NCBI RefSeq assembly: GCF_003918875.1
Contig: NW_025767646.1
Location: 620,001 to 684,000 of the forward strand
DNA from: Haliotis rubra
Taxonomy: Eukaryota
Reading direction: 5' to 3'
DNA length: 64,000 nucleotides
In this document: positions 37,986 through 50,032 of the stretch, piece by piece
Layout: every line of letters starts with the position of its first letter
Position numbering within the stretch: the first letter of the stretch is position 1
Program-made: the position numbers and the translations under genes
Notes under the pieces: model-generated
Database searches by the model: none
Told to the model about the DNA's origin: nothing
The model's input: only the letters and a program-made list of their open reading frames with translations

Positions 37986-38969
37986 CACTAATACGACTCA
38001 CATTGGTGAGTGGGGACCTACTTCAACACTTACTTTGAGTAAATCTTCATTTTCCCCGAGTTTAAATGCAACTGAAGTTCGCCCATGCTAACCCAACCAC
38101 AAACAAGCCCTACCTCTGTAGGGTAGGATCTACTGAACACTTGTACCGAACACTTTGATATATGACAAATAGTACAAATATTTTGCTATATAAAGTGGCA
38201 TACGGTTTTATGTTAACCTACACTTTCACAAACCCGCCCATCATGACACACTTGCTGGTTTCGCAATGAACTTATCCGTAAGATAAATATTGCGAAAGAA
38301 TGGATGAGAAGGAGGCTGAGTGGCCATCAGTGTAATGTTACTAACTCCAACTTAAACTGGTTTAAACTAAAAAAAATTAATTATATTTTCTTGAAAATGA
38401 TTAGTCAGAAGGCATAATGTCTATTTTAGGACCTCGCCTATTAAGCTGAGTACACATAGTGCACTTGTTTTGGAAAACGTACCACATAAAGGACCGATTT
38501 CTCTTATCATATGGTGGGCCTGTGTTGCTTTTGAAGTTCAAGAAAATACCTTAAGAAATGCGCAAAACATTATTTGACAACTGTTCCGCCTTCCGTTTCC
38601 AGAGACCATTCATGCTTTTTAGTTGCTTGATTAAAAGAGAACCTTGAAATTGCAACCGGCAATATTCTATCGCTACAAGTTTATAATCAGTTATTGCCAT
38701 GAAAACAAATATACTTTAGTTACATTTAAGTCTGAGTCTTACCGGAACTGATTTCAAATCGTGTACTGAATATTTCGTCTCTTACCCCTTCACAGATCTA
38801 GAGCTGTGGGTGTATGTTAACACCTGGTGTCTTCTATGACTGGATTTTTGACCGCAATATAACTGAATTTACTTTATCTTTATATACTCCTACATTCAAT
38901 GTACGTAAAAATAAATAAATTGTACTTTGGTAACTTTCAAATTCTGTCCTGGTTATTTTCCGAAATGGG

Positions 38970-39025
38970 GCGCCATATAGCTGGAATATTGCTGAGTGCG
39001 GCGTTAAAAAACAAACAAACCAAAC
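38970..39025 (+). mobile_element. SINE family B, 3' end only
   Basis: cgccatatagctggaatattgctgagtgcggcgttaaaaaacaaacaaac. Confidence 0.85.
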
Positions 39026-39510
39026 CGTAATGGGATGTTCGTTGATGACGTCGTTGTGGTGGATGATGTTGTATACATATCACATCTTATATCTGTGTGT
39101 CACTAATTTGGTAGTACGCCAGCTGCCTGTACAATCCGCCATTCTATACGAATCCGAAATGATTTTAAAAGGGCAACACACCGGCAAAGAAAATCGCAAT
39201 TACCACCATCATTAAGAGATCTATTTATATCTATAATTAGCCAATTTGTATCCATGTGACATTTGCAGTTGGTAGTCCTCCGTGATTACCACACAGCAAT
39301 TATTAATGATTAATCCATGTTAATGTCTTCGGCTCTTTCGGGGGCCTCGGCAACAAAGGAAATTTTGACAAAACGAAAATGGAACATTGATAGCTCCTAC
39401 ATTGTCATAAACCTAAAGATTGATTATTAAGTAAGTGAGTGGGTGGTGGATATATGGCCACATTGAACAGTATTCCAGTTATTACAGTATGTCAGCTTCA
39501 TGGGGGAACT

Positions 39511-39676
39511 GACGGTGGGGTAGCCTAGTGGTTAAAGCGCTCGCTCGTCACACCGAAAACCCGGGTTCGATTGCCCGCATAGGTACAATGTGTGAAGCCC
39601 ATTTCTGGCGTCCCCCGCCGTGATGTTGCTGGAATATTGCTAAAAGCGGCGTAAAACCATACTCACTCACTCACTC
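39511..39676 (+). mobile_element. SINE family A
   Basis: Full head, body and (actc)n tail. Confidence 0.95.
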
Positions 39677-39768
39677 ATGTGCGTGGAAAACTTGAAGTGA
39701 TGCCTGCCCTAGATGTGTATCGTTCGGTGAAACCCAAGTGCTCACAAACCTGGGAACATAATTGGGGC

Positions 39769-39968
39769 TAGACTATGGCTTAGTCTCTGAATATATGTGA
39801 ATTTGACAGTAACAAATAAGCCCATTTAAATTCAAAAGGAGCCCCAGAGTGATGGGAGATTCCTGAACCTGAGGAAATCTAGACTTGCTTCATTTAGGGC
39901 TTTAGCACTGCAGAGAGGGCTAGGCAGTAGGGAAAATAATGTGGTTGATGGACTGTGAGGCAGACTAA
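39769..39968 (-). mobile_element. Family E DNA transposon, full-length
   Basis: tagactatggcttag...tgaggcagacta termini; flanks aattggggc / aatcgtggc. Confidence 0.88.
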
Positions 39969-40369
39969 ATCGTGGCTAAGCGGGATTCGAACCCACAGTC
40001 ATAAGTTTCTAGAGAGCCTAATGCACGCAACGGGCAGCAACGAATTAGGTCTTAGACGATAAGGCCATCTGTGCACGCACGCAAGCACCGATGCCCGTCC
40101 CGCATTTGCTGGAATATTGCCAAGTGCTGACTTAAACAACAAACAAACAAATGACAGGGAAACACCTGGGAACACAATGGGATCGAAACAGATTCCATCC
40201 TTTTCGGGCGGAGGCAGAAATGTTTACGCAGCTCATTACCCTGCATTAGATGGCGATACATTCTGTGCCCCATTGTCAAATGAGATAGGCGTAAAACCGG
40301 TTGAACATATTTCACTACGGTGAGCGTGACTACAGCGACTGGTTATGTTGTCAATTACTGCATGGTGTG

Positions 40370-40670
40370 TGGTGGGATAGCCAAGTGGTTATGGTGTTAC
40401 TGTCGTTCATTCATCACCTGCAACCCTGACATGGACGTCAATAGGAGAACGACAAGGATAGCAAACTTTTGGTTCGGTTCTGTTCTTGATGGTTTTGTAG
40501 ATCCAGCCGGAAGCCTGTTGACTAGTCACATTTATGATCGAGAAGAACTGTTTCCGGTAACACGTGCTAGATGACGTCCAGAGGCCGCGCTGGCAGAGTA
40601 TTTGGTGCATTCTTTGTGCCCCCACTGACGTCACGGCTGAAAAGACTCATAACCATACTCACTCACTCAC
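40370..40670 (+). mobile_element. Divergent tRNA-like SINE
   Basis: gggatagccaagtggtta A-box-like start and aaccatactcactcactcac tail; body differs from family A. Confidence 0.45.
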
Positions 40671-40859
40671 TTATTAATCTTCATTATTTACTTTAAAAAT
40701 AAATAATTAGGAAAAAGACAATTAATAACACAATTGTTATTCCAATATGCACAGGTTTCTGAAAATCAGATATCGTATTCATAAATCACAATATTTATTA
40801 AAAAACGGTTTGCTGTGCTAAAAATTAATTCATGGTACCATTATCTACTGCAGGGACTG

Positions 40860-40860
40860 G

Positions 40861-40892
<32 letters not shown>
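40860..40892. repeat. (GAT)n microsatellite
   Basis: About 10 units. Confidence 0.95.
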
Positions 40893-41419
40893 TGAACAGA
40901 GGTCATTCGAAATGAGAGTACCTTCAATCAATCGACTCTCTATGTCCGCTAGGCCTTGTCACCGTTGGGAATATTTATCAGCCCATTCATGCTTTTAGTT
41001 GCTTAATAAAAGAAAGTTATTTGAGATCAGTGCACCAATATGATACCTGGATCATCGATTTCTTGAAAATAACCACAAATCAAATCACGACTGATCAGGT
41101 TTTGCGTCCAAGAAGATCGATCTCAGCAGACTCCCAACACCGATGAGAGGAATCGCTGCGGGTGATATTTTCGTTGTCTAGCTTTACCCATGTTGACACA
41201 CGAGTCGTGCGATCGCACTGGCGTCAAAATGGATCTATCGATTAAACTGATATTATGTCTGAAGGAGGTGTCAGTCAGACATGAATTTCTTTTTGTATAA
41301 AAATCGGTAATGTCAACACAAAGGGGAAGTCTGGAGAGGTATGGTTGTAGTTTTAGAGACGTACGAGTCTACAGCGCCACGTCGATATCCAAAAGGAAGA
41401 CAGGGTTCTACACTTAAAC

Positions 41420-41453
41420 CACAGACCATATATAATCTATTATATGGTCTCTG
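41420..41453. mobile_element. 34-bp micro-MITE
   Basis: cacagaccatata / tatatggtctctg inverted ends; 7-bp TSD cttaaac (41413-41419 / 41454-41460). Confidence 0.7.
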
Positions 41454-41859
41454 CTTAAACTCGTGGCTGGAAGGCTTATTTCTATACGGATTTCATCTGT
41501 TTTCTTAGGCTTATTGGTTTGAATGTAAACATATTCTCGCAGTAGAAACTATATTGAGGTTCCATTTATCATTATAGGATACATGTATTTAGTAAATCAT
41601 CAGATATCGACTCGACTGTGGATTATGGAATATATTAATATATTATTTGGATTTGACCGCGTATCTAAAACCCAATCTTAATGATTTAGCTGTAGGTTCT
41701 AAGCTGTAAAACTACTAGAATCTGTCCTGTACTATGACAGTGCTATGCCAAATATAGCAAGTTACATTTGACCATTTTCTAAGAGGTATTATCAGTTCTT
41801 GGCTCAACTGTTGGAGCCATGTCAATCTACATTTGATCAGCGGGTTATCACAGTACGTG

Positions 41860-42024
41860 CGGCGGTGGGACAGCCTTATGGTTAAAGCGTCTGCTCGTCA
41901 CTCCTCAGACCCGGGTTCGATTCCCCACATGGATATAATGTGATAAGCCCATTTCTGGTGTCCCTCGCCGTGATATTGCTGGAATATTGCTAAAACGGCG
42001 TAAACCCATACTCACTCACTCATA
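41860..42024 (+). mobile_element. SINE family A
   Basis: 11-bp TSD cacagtacgtg (41849-41859 / 42025-42035). Confidence 0.95.
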
Positions 42025-42662
42025 CACAGTACGTGACCTCAGCTACCACTTGTCTGGCTTCCATATTTGTGCAAGACTTGATGGCTGAGTGGGTCTGGTT
42101 ATGGACTTTGTGTGCTGGCGATACGGATACCTCACTCTGAGTGGGGTGGTTCTAATCCCAAATGAGATCCAAACCAAATAGTAATCGAATGTGTCTTTAA
42201 AAAGAAAGTGTAATCTTAAATATGACATTTGTTACATATATTTTACCTGGTCTCATAAATGTATCATCACAGTCCAAATGCATTGTCTATGTGTTCAAGG
42301 TGATAAGTTTACTATAACGGGCCTTGTGCACAGACTATATGGTCCAGCTTTTACCGGATCCGAAGCAAATAATTCCATTGAAGTTGCATATGAGCCCAAG
42401 TGAGTTGGAATATTCAGATCCTCGGGAAGTCGATCATTCATTTGGGCCTTTTGCATTACCTGGGCTGATCGGAAAGGAAAAATAATTCGGTTCAGGGACT
42501 GTGAGAATACCCTAAGGTGATTGTAACAGTACGTCAACACATACTAGTACTTGGGCTAGCCTTAGTACTGAGATCGCTTGTGGATCTTCACTTGTGTTCT
42601 AGTCGTGCATACAGTGAGATATTTCGACGTTTCCTTTCTATGACGACATGTCAGATGTGGGA

Positions 42663-42926
42663 GTGAGTGAGTTTAGTTTTACGCCGCACTCAGCAATATT
42701 CCAGCTGTATGGCGGCGGTCTGTAAATAATCGAGTTTGGACCAGACAATCTAGTGATCAACAGCATGAGCATCGATCTGCGCAATTGGGAACCGATGACA
42801 TGTGTCAACCAAGTCAGCGAGCCTGACCACCCGATCCCGTTAGTCGTCTCTTACGACAAGCATAGTCGCCTTTTGTGGCTAGCATGGGTTGCTGAAGACC
42901 TATTCTACCCCGGATCTTCCCGGGTC
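42663..42926 (-). mobile_element. SINE family B, full-length, duplicated-module subfamily
   Basis: 14-bp TSD tgtcagatgtggga (42649-42662 / 42927-42940); 5' end GACCCG. Confidence 0.95.
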
Positions 42927-43141
42927 TGTCAGATGTGGGAACAAAGGAGTGTAGGTCTTAGACGTGAACCACTTCGATGAAAACAACACGCATGGTTAGG
43001 TGCTGGCAAACCAAGAAACAAAATCAGGATTCGAACCTGTCATAGTTTCCTGGCACCCCAAAGGGACGCAATTCTGCTCAACGAATTGTTGAGCAAAGGA
43101 AGTTGGCTAAGAATCCACAGCGACAACTCCATCATGACAAC

Positions 43142-43339
43142 TAGTCTGTCTCACAGTCTCTGAATCACATTATTTTCCCTACTGCTAAGCCCTCTCTGCA
43201 GTGCTAAAGCTCTAAATAAAGCAAGTCCAAATTTCCTCAGGTTCAGAATCTCTGGTCTCCTTAGGGCTCCTTTTCAATATAAATGGGCTTGTTTGTTACT
43301 ATCAAAATTATATATATTCAGAGACTAAACCTTAGTCTA
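43142..43339 (+). mobile_element. Family E DNA transposon, reference copy (Academ-like)
   Basis: TAG..CTA termini with a perfect 9-bp TSD catgacaac (43133-43141 / 43340-43348). Confidence 0.92.
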
Positions 43340-43580
43340 CATGACAACCTGTGAGCGATGGTGTCCAGTCACCGACCCATGTAGGGTCAGCAGGTCCACC
43401 TGACCAACTACAGGACAGTTGTGTCCAGATGTTGACCTGTGTTTACGACCAGGACACGCTGTTCTCGGCTTGTTGAAGTCATGTTTACGTCTCCTAGCAT
43501 CATAACATTCCCCTGAACACAAACCTGGATGCCTCCTGCAATAAATAACCATGTCTCATACGACATATGTACCTACTGCC

Positions 43581-43692
43581 CAGGGCCTAGATTTTCGAAG
43601 CTCTCTTAGAGCTAAGATAGTCGTAAGTCTATGTTAATGTATGGCACTTACGACTATCTAGCGTTAAGAGAGCTTCGAAAATCTAGGCCCTG
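43581..43692. mobile_element. Palindromic MITE, twin of 31787-31899
   Basis: cagggcctagattttcgaagctctctta / taagagagcttcgaaaatctaggccctg. Confidence 0.88.
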
Positions 43693-44097
43693 GAGTCATG
43701 CTTTCTGACAGCTTTCACGCTTTCTGACAGCTTTAGGTTTCATATTTTCTTTTTCATTGTGGATCAAAGTTTTTATTTTATATGTTTTATTTATTTATTG
43801 TTTTATTTTATTTCAATGTTTTTTTGTGTTATTTTTTTGTGTTATATTTTTTTTTTACATAACGATATAACACAATACCAGCCCAAGGTTTGGCGCATCA
43901 ATACAACTAAGATCGTCCAATATTCTATCATGAGTCAAACAGGAAACAGTACAATGTTGGCTTCGTTAACCAATCAAATGCCACGGAGTCACTTGCGAGA
44001 TAATTATTGGTGCTTGGATCTTGAAGAGAGGTGTCAGTCTGTCTCCGTCTAGATCTACAAGACTACAAACACTCCATTTGGGTGACCATTTCGCAAT

Positions 44098-44245
44098 AGT
44101 GAGTGAGTGAGTTTAGTTGTACGCCGCCTCTAGCAATATTCCAGCAATATCACGGCGGGGGACACCAGAAATGGGCTTCACACATTGTACCAATGTGGGG
44201 AATCGAACCCGGGTCGTGACTAGCGAAAGGTTTAACCACTAGGCT
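44098..44245 (-). mobile_element. SINE family A
   Basis: Tail, body and partly deleted head. Confidence 0.9.
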
Positions 44246-44507
44246 TGGGCCGCGTAATCCAATCCAGCTGAGACGTTTATCAATTTTCAAGAAAATTACG
44301 TAAAACCAGTACATGACTATTGATAATTTCACTCGATACTTTGAACTGAAGATGACGGCGACTGTCCAATTATCTGCAACAATGTAATTATCTGCGTCTA
44401 GCGTTGTGTTGTAATTACACACTGTCTATGTAACCTTTCATTGAGTTGACACAGCGTTCAGTAGACACGACAACGTTGCCTACATACCTCACAATACAGG
44501 TTCAGGA

Positions 44508-44917
44508 TAGACTAACGCTCAGTCTCTAAATGTATATAACAGAAACAAATAATTCCTTTAAAATTAAAAACAGATCACAAAGGGATGGTAGATTCAGAGG
44601 AAATCTAGACTTGCTCCATTTAGTTGGTTGGTTTGTTGTTTAACGCCGCACTCAGTAATATTCCAGCTATATGTCGGCGGTCTCTAAATAATCGGATCTG
44701 GACCAGAGAATCCAGTGATCAACAACATGAGCATCGTTTTACGCAATTGGGATACGATGACGGTCAACCAAGTCAGCGAACCTGACCACCCGATCCCGTT
44801 AGTCGCCTCCTACTGCTCCAGTTAAGGCTTTAGCACTCCAGAAAGGGCTGGGCCTAAGGGAAATGTGATTTAGGGACTATCCACATTATATATGTTCGGG
44901 GATTAAGCGTTGGTCTA
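44508..44917 (-). mobile_element. Family E copy split by a SINE B, followed by an inverted terminal fragment
   Basis: tagactaacgctcagtctct..aaatctagacttgctcc | SINE | ggctttagcact..gggact; then taagcgttggtcta. Confidence 0.7.
44623..44812 (-). mobile_element. SINE family B, 5'-truncated
   Basis: tgctccattta / tgctccagtta flanks (TSD with one mismatch). Confidence 0.9.
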
Positions 44918-45022
44918 CTAGAGACCCAACTTTAACCCGGAGTCTCTGCAGTTCTTTCCATATGACACCAACAGTGATATTTTGATATCATTGCAAGTAT
45001 AGTAAGACACTCTATGATAAAC

Positions 45023-45190
45023 AGGGGCGGTGGGGTAGCCTTGTGGTTAAAGCGTCCGCTCGTCACGCCGAAGACCCGAGTTCGATTGCCCACATGGGTA
45101 AAATGTGTGAAGCCCATTTCTGGTGTCCCCCACCGTGATATATATTGCTGGAATATTGCTAAAAGCGGCGTAAAACCATACTTACTCACT
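45023..45190 (+). mobile_element. SINE family A
   Basis: Full head, body and tail. Confidence 0.93.
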
Positions 45191-45284
45191 ATAATGAATA
45201 TCCCCACTTTGTATTTCTGCTTTTAAAAGACAGGTCAAGTAATAGTCATTATGATGACCATCACCGATACAACAAAAAATCGTC

Positions 45285-45285
45285 G

Positions 45286-45319
<34 letters not shown>
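45285..45319. repeat. (CAT)n microsatellite
   Basis: About 11 units. Confidence 0.95.
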
Positions 45320-45350
45320 ATGTATTATAATTAGTATTTTTATTGAGAAC

Positions 45351-45473
45351 CAGGCTAGCTATCCTCGAAATGTTCGTAGCCCTACGAACTTCTTAAGCCC
45401 ATTTTTAACACATTGGCTACGATCAAAATTACGAATTCCTAGGGCTACGAACGTTTCGAGAATAAGGGCCCTG
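45351..45473. mobile_element. Palindromic CWG MITE, inverted twin of 27206-27328
   Basis: ctcgaaatgttcgtagcccta / tagggctacgaacgtttcgag. Confidence 0.85.
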
Positions 45474-45854
45474 GTGATACAGAAGCCAGATGACTGCGAA
45501 TTATCGGCTCTGCACGTGGCAGGACATTGGCCATAATTAATTGAAGGACCGCAACTCGAAGATGACCATATGCCCTGTGCTCTAACGACCGTTTATAATT
45601 ACATATCTAATATCAAGGCCACCCGGTAATGAAGAACATACCTATTTACACGCAGTTAGGTCCATTATATCATTCCTGGGATTTCATTATCACTCTCTGT
45701 AGCAGTGAAACACTCGAGAAGAGAGGCGAGAGTTACCTATTGTGTCATGTGACACCTCGTTATTGGACTCACTGATGAATCTAATTCCGATTTGTCCGTG
45801 GCTAGTACATTGAACGTTAACGAGGCTGCGCGAGAACGTCAAGGTCAAGGTTGC

Positions 45855-46120
45855 GGAACCGAAATTACAATAGACAAAATGATATTTTAACATAGGGAAT
45901 AGTTAACACCTCTCTCCATTCTAATGAACCATTCTATATTAAATTGTTGAGGAATATATTTACAATAATGCAGGTCCAATCTGAAGCAGTGGGAACCGAA
46001 ATATCAAAAGACAAAATGATATTTTAACATAGGGCATAGTTAACACCTCATTCCATTCTAATTAACCAGTCTATATTAAATAGTAAATTAGGAATATATT
46101 AACAATGAATCATGTCCAAT
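45855..46120. repeat. 137-bp-period direct repeat, two diverged copies
   Basis: ggaaccgaaat..agacaaaatgatattttaacataggg at 45855 and 45992. Confidence 0.85.
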
Positions 46121-46393
46121 GATGGCATTGATGCGTTTTAGCGGATCCAGTGGTGAAACTAATTTAGTCCGAAGGCGTGACGTGGCATTCATAACATGCT
46201 TTTTCAATTTTCGGATTGAGGACAATGGTGAAATTGTGAATTGATATAATGAAACTGGACAGACATGGGGCATATATATGAAATGATAATATAGTTTGTC
46301 CATGTATTTAAAGAACCAGTACGTATCTGAAGATCAACAGATCAGAATGCGATACATAGTATAGTCCTTGTTTGCACAGTGAGTGAGTGAAAG

Positions 46394-46522
46394 TTGGTGA
46401 GGTAGCCTGGTGGTTAAAGCGTTCGCTCGTCATGTTGAGTTCGATTCCCAACATGCGTATAATGTGTGAAACCCATTTCTGGTGTCCCCCGCCATGACGT
46501 TACTGGAACCGGCGTAAAACCA
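46394..46522 (+). mobile_element. SINE family A, deleted/degenerate
   Basis: ggtagcctggtggttaaagcgttcgctcgtca..ccatttctggtgtcccccgcc. Confidence 0.8.
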
Positions 46523-48136
46523 TAGCGATTTAACTCCGCTGTGAAAGGGATATCCATTATATCAAGATCAGCTAGATATACGAGGAACGTCAACATGACA
46601 CAGTTCGGATAAGTGGACAAGTGAGAAGAAATCAACAAGAATGTACATGTATGTTCATTAATGAAGAAGAATCATTAATCGGGCGAAACTTGGATTAGGA
46701 CGTACAGTCAGCGAATCCTGATGTCATTCTTCTCATATTCATTAATCAGTAAAACAAATTGTTTCCAAACGGAGATGGACAAACTGTCCGGACACAGGAT
46801 CCTGGTGTTTTCACATAAATCACAAGAATACATGCACACACCCCTCCCAACCTATCATCAACCCTTACTGAATAGCACAATACTGCACAGCGGGCAGCCA
46901 AAGGGTCCATCTATTCGTTATACCGAGTCCTCCTGTGGGGGTACGCAAGTCCCAAAACATTCAAAGTAAGTTAAGGTTACCGAATATTTAAAACGTTGTA
47001 TCTGTGTGATTTTATGGCTAAATTTAAGTAAGCCACCCGCGGCTGAAGTAATGAAGTAAATCCGTCTAGGGTCCATGCAGGTACTATACGTCAAAGGTAC
47101 TATACGTCCCCACGGTCTCCAGTATGGCGATCTACCTTCAGTTGCTGGTGACCTATAGGTTTGTTTTTTTATATATTGTATTGTCCTGCATTATGTTATA
47201 AGTTTTAAGTTACATGCTAGTTTTATATCTCTATCTGTGATACACTAGTAGGTTTGCTGTTCATCGTCAACGGGTTTTTAATTTCTAATTTTATTGATCT
47301 TTAATATGATAATATACAATTATAGACATCTAGTGAGCTTGATCCAGTGATTTATCGACCTTGGACATGTGATGTTCACTGAGGTTGACATCGCGTAGTG
47401 TCAGGTTGTCACGTGACCAAGTGGGCCAATCAGAAGGGCGGAAATCTACCCGTCATATAATAATTAATTTTATTTCTCACACGTTGAAGATATCACTGTT
47501 TAATAAATCTACAGTATCTTATGTTGTTATGCATTGTTCTCGTCACGATATGGCTGAAATATTGCCAATGTGACGATAAATAGAAGATACTAAACGACCT
47601 TCCGTGTAATACCATTTTTATTAAACGAGTTAATGATTTGGTATCAAACGAGCGAAAGAGAGTTTGACGCTGAATCTTTCACGAGTTTTATAAATACAAG
47701 TATCAACTCACTCACTAACTCGTTATACTGAAGTGTCATTATATTTGATTAGCAGAGACTGTAATGTGAATGTGAACATGTATTTCAAACATGATTTAAA
47801 ACTAGTAATTCCGGTAGAAAGGACAGTGATCGTAATTGTCAGCCATGTCTTGGCGCGACCACCTATATGTACAATGGAAGATACTGTGTCGTGTATGTGA
47901 CGTAGCACATAAGCTCCGCCTACTGATGAATATTCATAATGGCCGAAGCTGAGATTTACAGAAACTGTTTTCGCGATTCAAACATAATTATACATAATTA
48001 TATATGTTTCTGATGACTTTATCATTCACCCAGCAATTTATTGCAATTCACTCGTATTCTCCTTTAAGACCATTCTAGCTATAAGGTCACAACACACGCG
48101 TGGACTCGGCACACTGCAAGAGACAACCTAGTGTCA

Positions 48137-48643
48137 ATATTATTACAAATATTTCAAAACCCAACCAATCTTAGAAAAATATCTTCTTCTTCCCAAAAAT
48201 ATATACTACCCAATTTTGAAGTTTAGAACTTCTAACCATAAATTACCAACTGAGACAGGCCGATGGTTGGGCATTCCACGTGAAGACAGACAATGTCCAC
48301 TTTGTGAATCAAACGCTGTTGGAGACGAGTTTCACTACTTGTTTAGATGTGAAGCTTTTCTCCAATTCCGACGTCAGTCTCTGAACACTAAATACCTAGA
48401 ATTTCCAAATTTGTCCATCTTTAAGAAACTCTTGTCTACTACCAGCATAAGCGACCTTAAAGGCCTTTCTAAATTACTGAACCATGTATTTAATGCATTT
48501 AAAAAATGAAATATTGTAATTATCTTATATCTTTCTATCGTGTAAGCTGCTGTCTTGTATATTATGTAAATGTATATACGTTTATCTCATGTACCGCCGT
48601 TGGCGGTTTGTAGAGAATAAAGAGTTTGAGTTTGAGTTTGAGG
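48137..48643 (+). mobile_element. 5'-truncated LINE 3' end (RTE-X/L2-like ORF2 C-terminus plus 3' UTR)
   Basis: LEKYL..KFRTSNHKLPTETGRW..IPREDRQCPLC..VGDEFHYLFRC; hairpin accgcc-gtt-ggcggt, aataaa, (gagttt)n tail; 8-bp TSD tagtgtca (48129-48136 / 48644-48651). Confidence 0.9.
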
Positions 48644-49214
48644 TAGTGTCATGTCATTCTGACATGCTCGACCAATGGCCGGTAGCGCGAAATATGCATG
48701 TTAAATGATTTGCATAATTTATGGTCGCAGACTCCAAATCATGTTTCTGGCGAGAGTTTTCCACTTCACTGGTTTAATAGCCAGAAAAAGACAGGGAAAT
48801 GTTTCAAGTTTGAAAAAATAACTTGCTTTCCCTGTCCTTGTGATAATATACGACCTTGACTTTATATATATCAAGTATGTTGTTTACTAAACGATATGCA
48901 CATTAAGGTGTCTACTGGTTGTCACGACCCAGAACACCGAGCGGAATGTGTGTAAATACTGAATGCGGTACGTAACAAGCAGGTCATGTCTGCTTGTGGT
49001 TATTAATAATTTGAAGTATACGTCACTAACAAAATTATATAGCCTATTTATATTAAGATTTATATACATTTGTTTAAAATATCGCTACTTGGGATAGATT
49101 GTCTGTTATATATGTGTTTATGTTAAATAGTAATAAATGTATATGATTACACTAATACTGATAACAACTGTTAAAAACGCAAACACAAGGACGCAAAATT
49201 ATACTGATGAACAG

Positions 49215-49370
49215 TAGGTGAAGTAGTCTAGTGGTTAAAGCACCTGCTGGTCACGCTGAAGACCCGACTTCGATTCCCCACTTGGGTACAATGTGTGAAG
49301 CCCATTTCTGGTGTTCCCGTCGTGATAGTGCTGTAATTTTGCTAGAGCGGCGTAAACTCACTCACTCACT
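49215..49370 (+). mobile_element. SINE family A
   Basis: Head, body and (actc)n tail. Confidence 0.88.
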
Positions 49371-50032
49371 AAAATGAATATTACACTCAGTGGTCCATTC
49401 ATGATATTAAATTCCTCATCAACGAATAATGGACGCAAAAAGGCAAACGGTAATCAACTTACGTAAAACATCCACTCGACTATAACATGGAATAAATCAA
49501 AAAACAACTTGAGACCCCCAAAACGTGACTTCATTTCTTTTGTCCATCTTTATCGGATAGATAAATTAACAACGCATTTGGCAGCACATAAATAGCCTAT
49601 ACCAACACGGGCGGAAAGTGTTTTGTCTATTGTTCCGAGACAAACGTTGCAACGTACGTCGCCCACAGCAGGCCAAAGGTTTACCTATCACGGCAACCCT
49701 CTATAGGTAAACGCACTTTGCGGTGGTCCGAGAGAAATAATTGCTGTGCGCGGAGCAGTGAGAATGTCCTGTTACAACATTGGGTGTGTCTTTTACTCAT
49801 GCAGGAAGACATTCATGCAGACCTATACCCTTCTTATTGTGTCGAGCTCACCTAGATAGATTATATTAACGTACCTCGGCCCTCGATAAAAGTAATTTTC
49901 AAGGGCAAATAATATGGGGATAAAGTCTTATTGATTTACCGGTTATTTACCAGATTCGTTTTTATTCGATTCAAGTTCGATACATGCAGCCTTAAGAGCC
50001 ACTGTTGTTTGGTTCCAACACTGATCTACACA

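Noticed and set aside
42753-42980. Recurrent ORFs such as MINSMSIDLRNW.. and MNTPLRHIILT..
   Set aside because: Antisense translations of SINE B and C copies.
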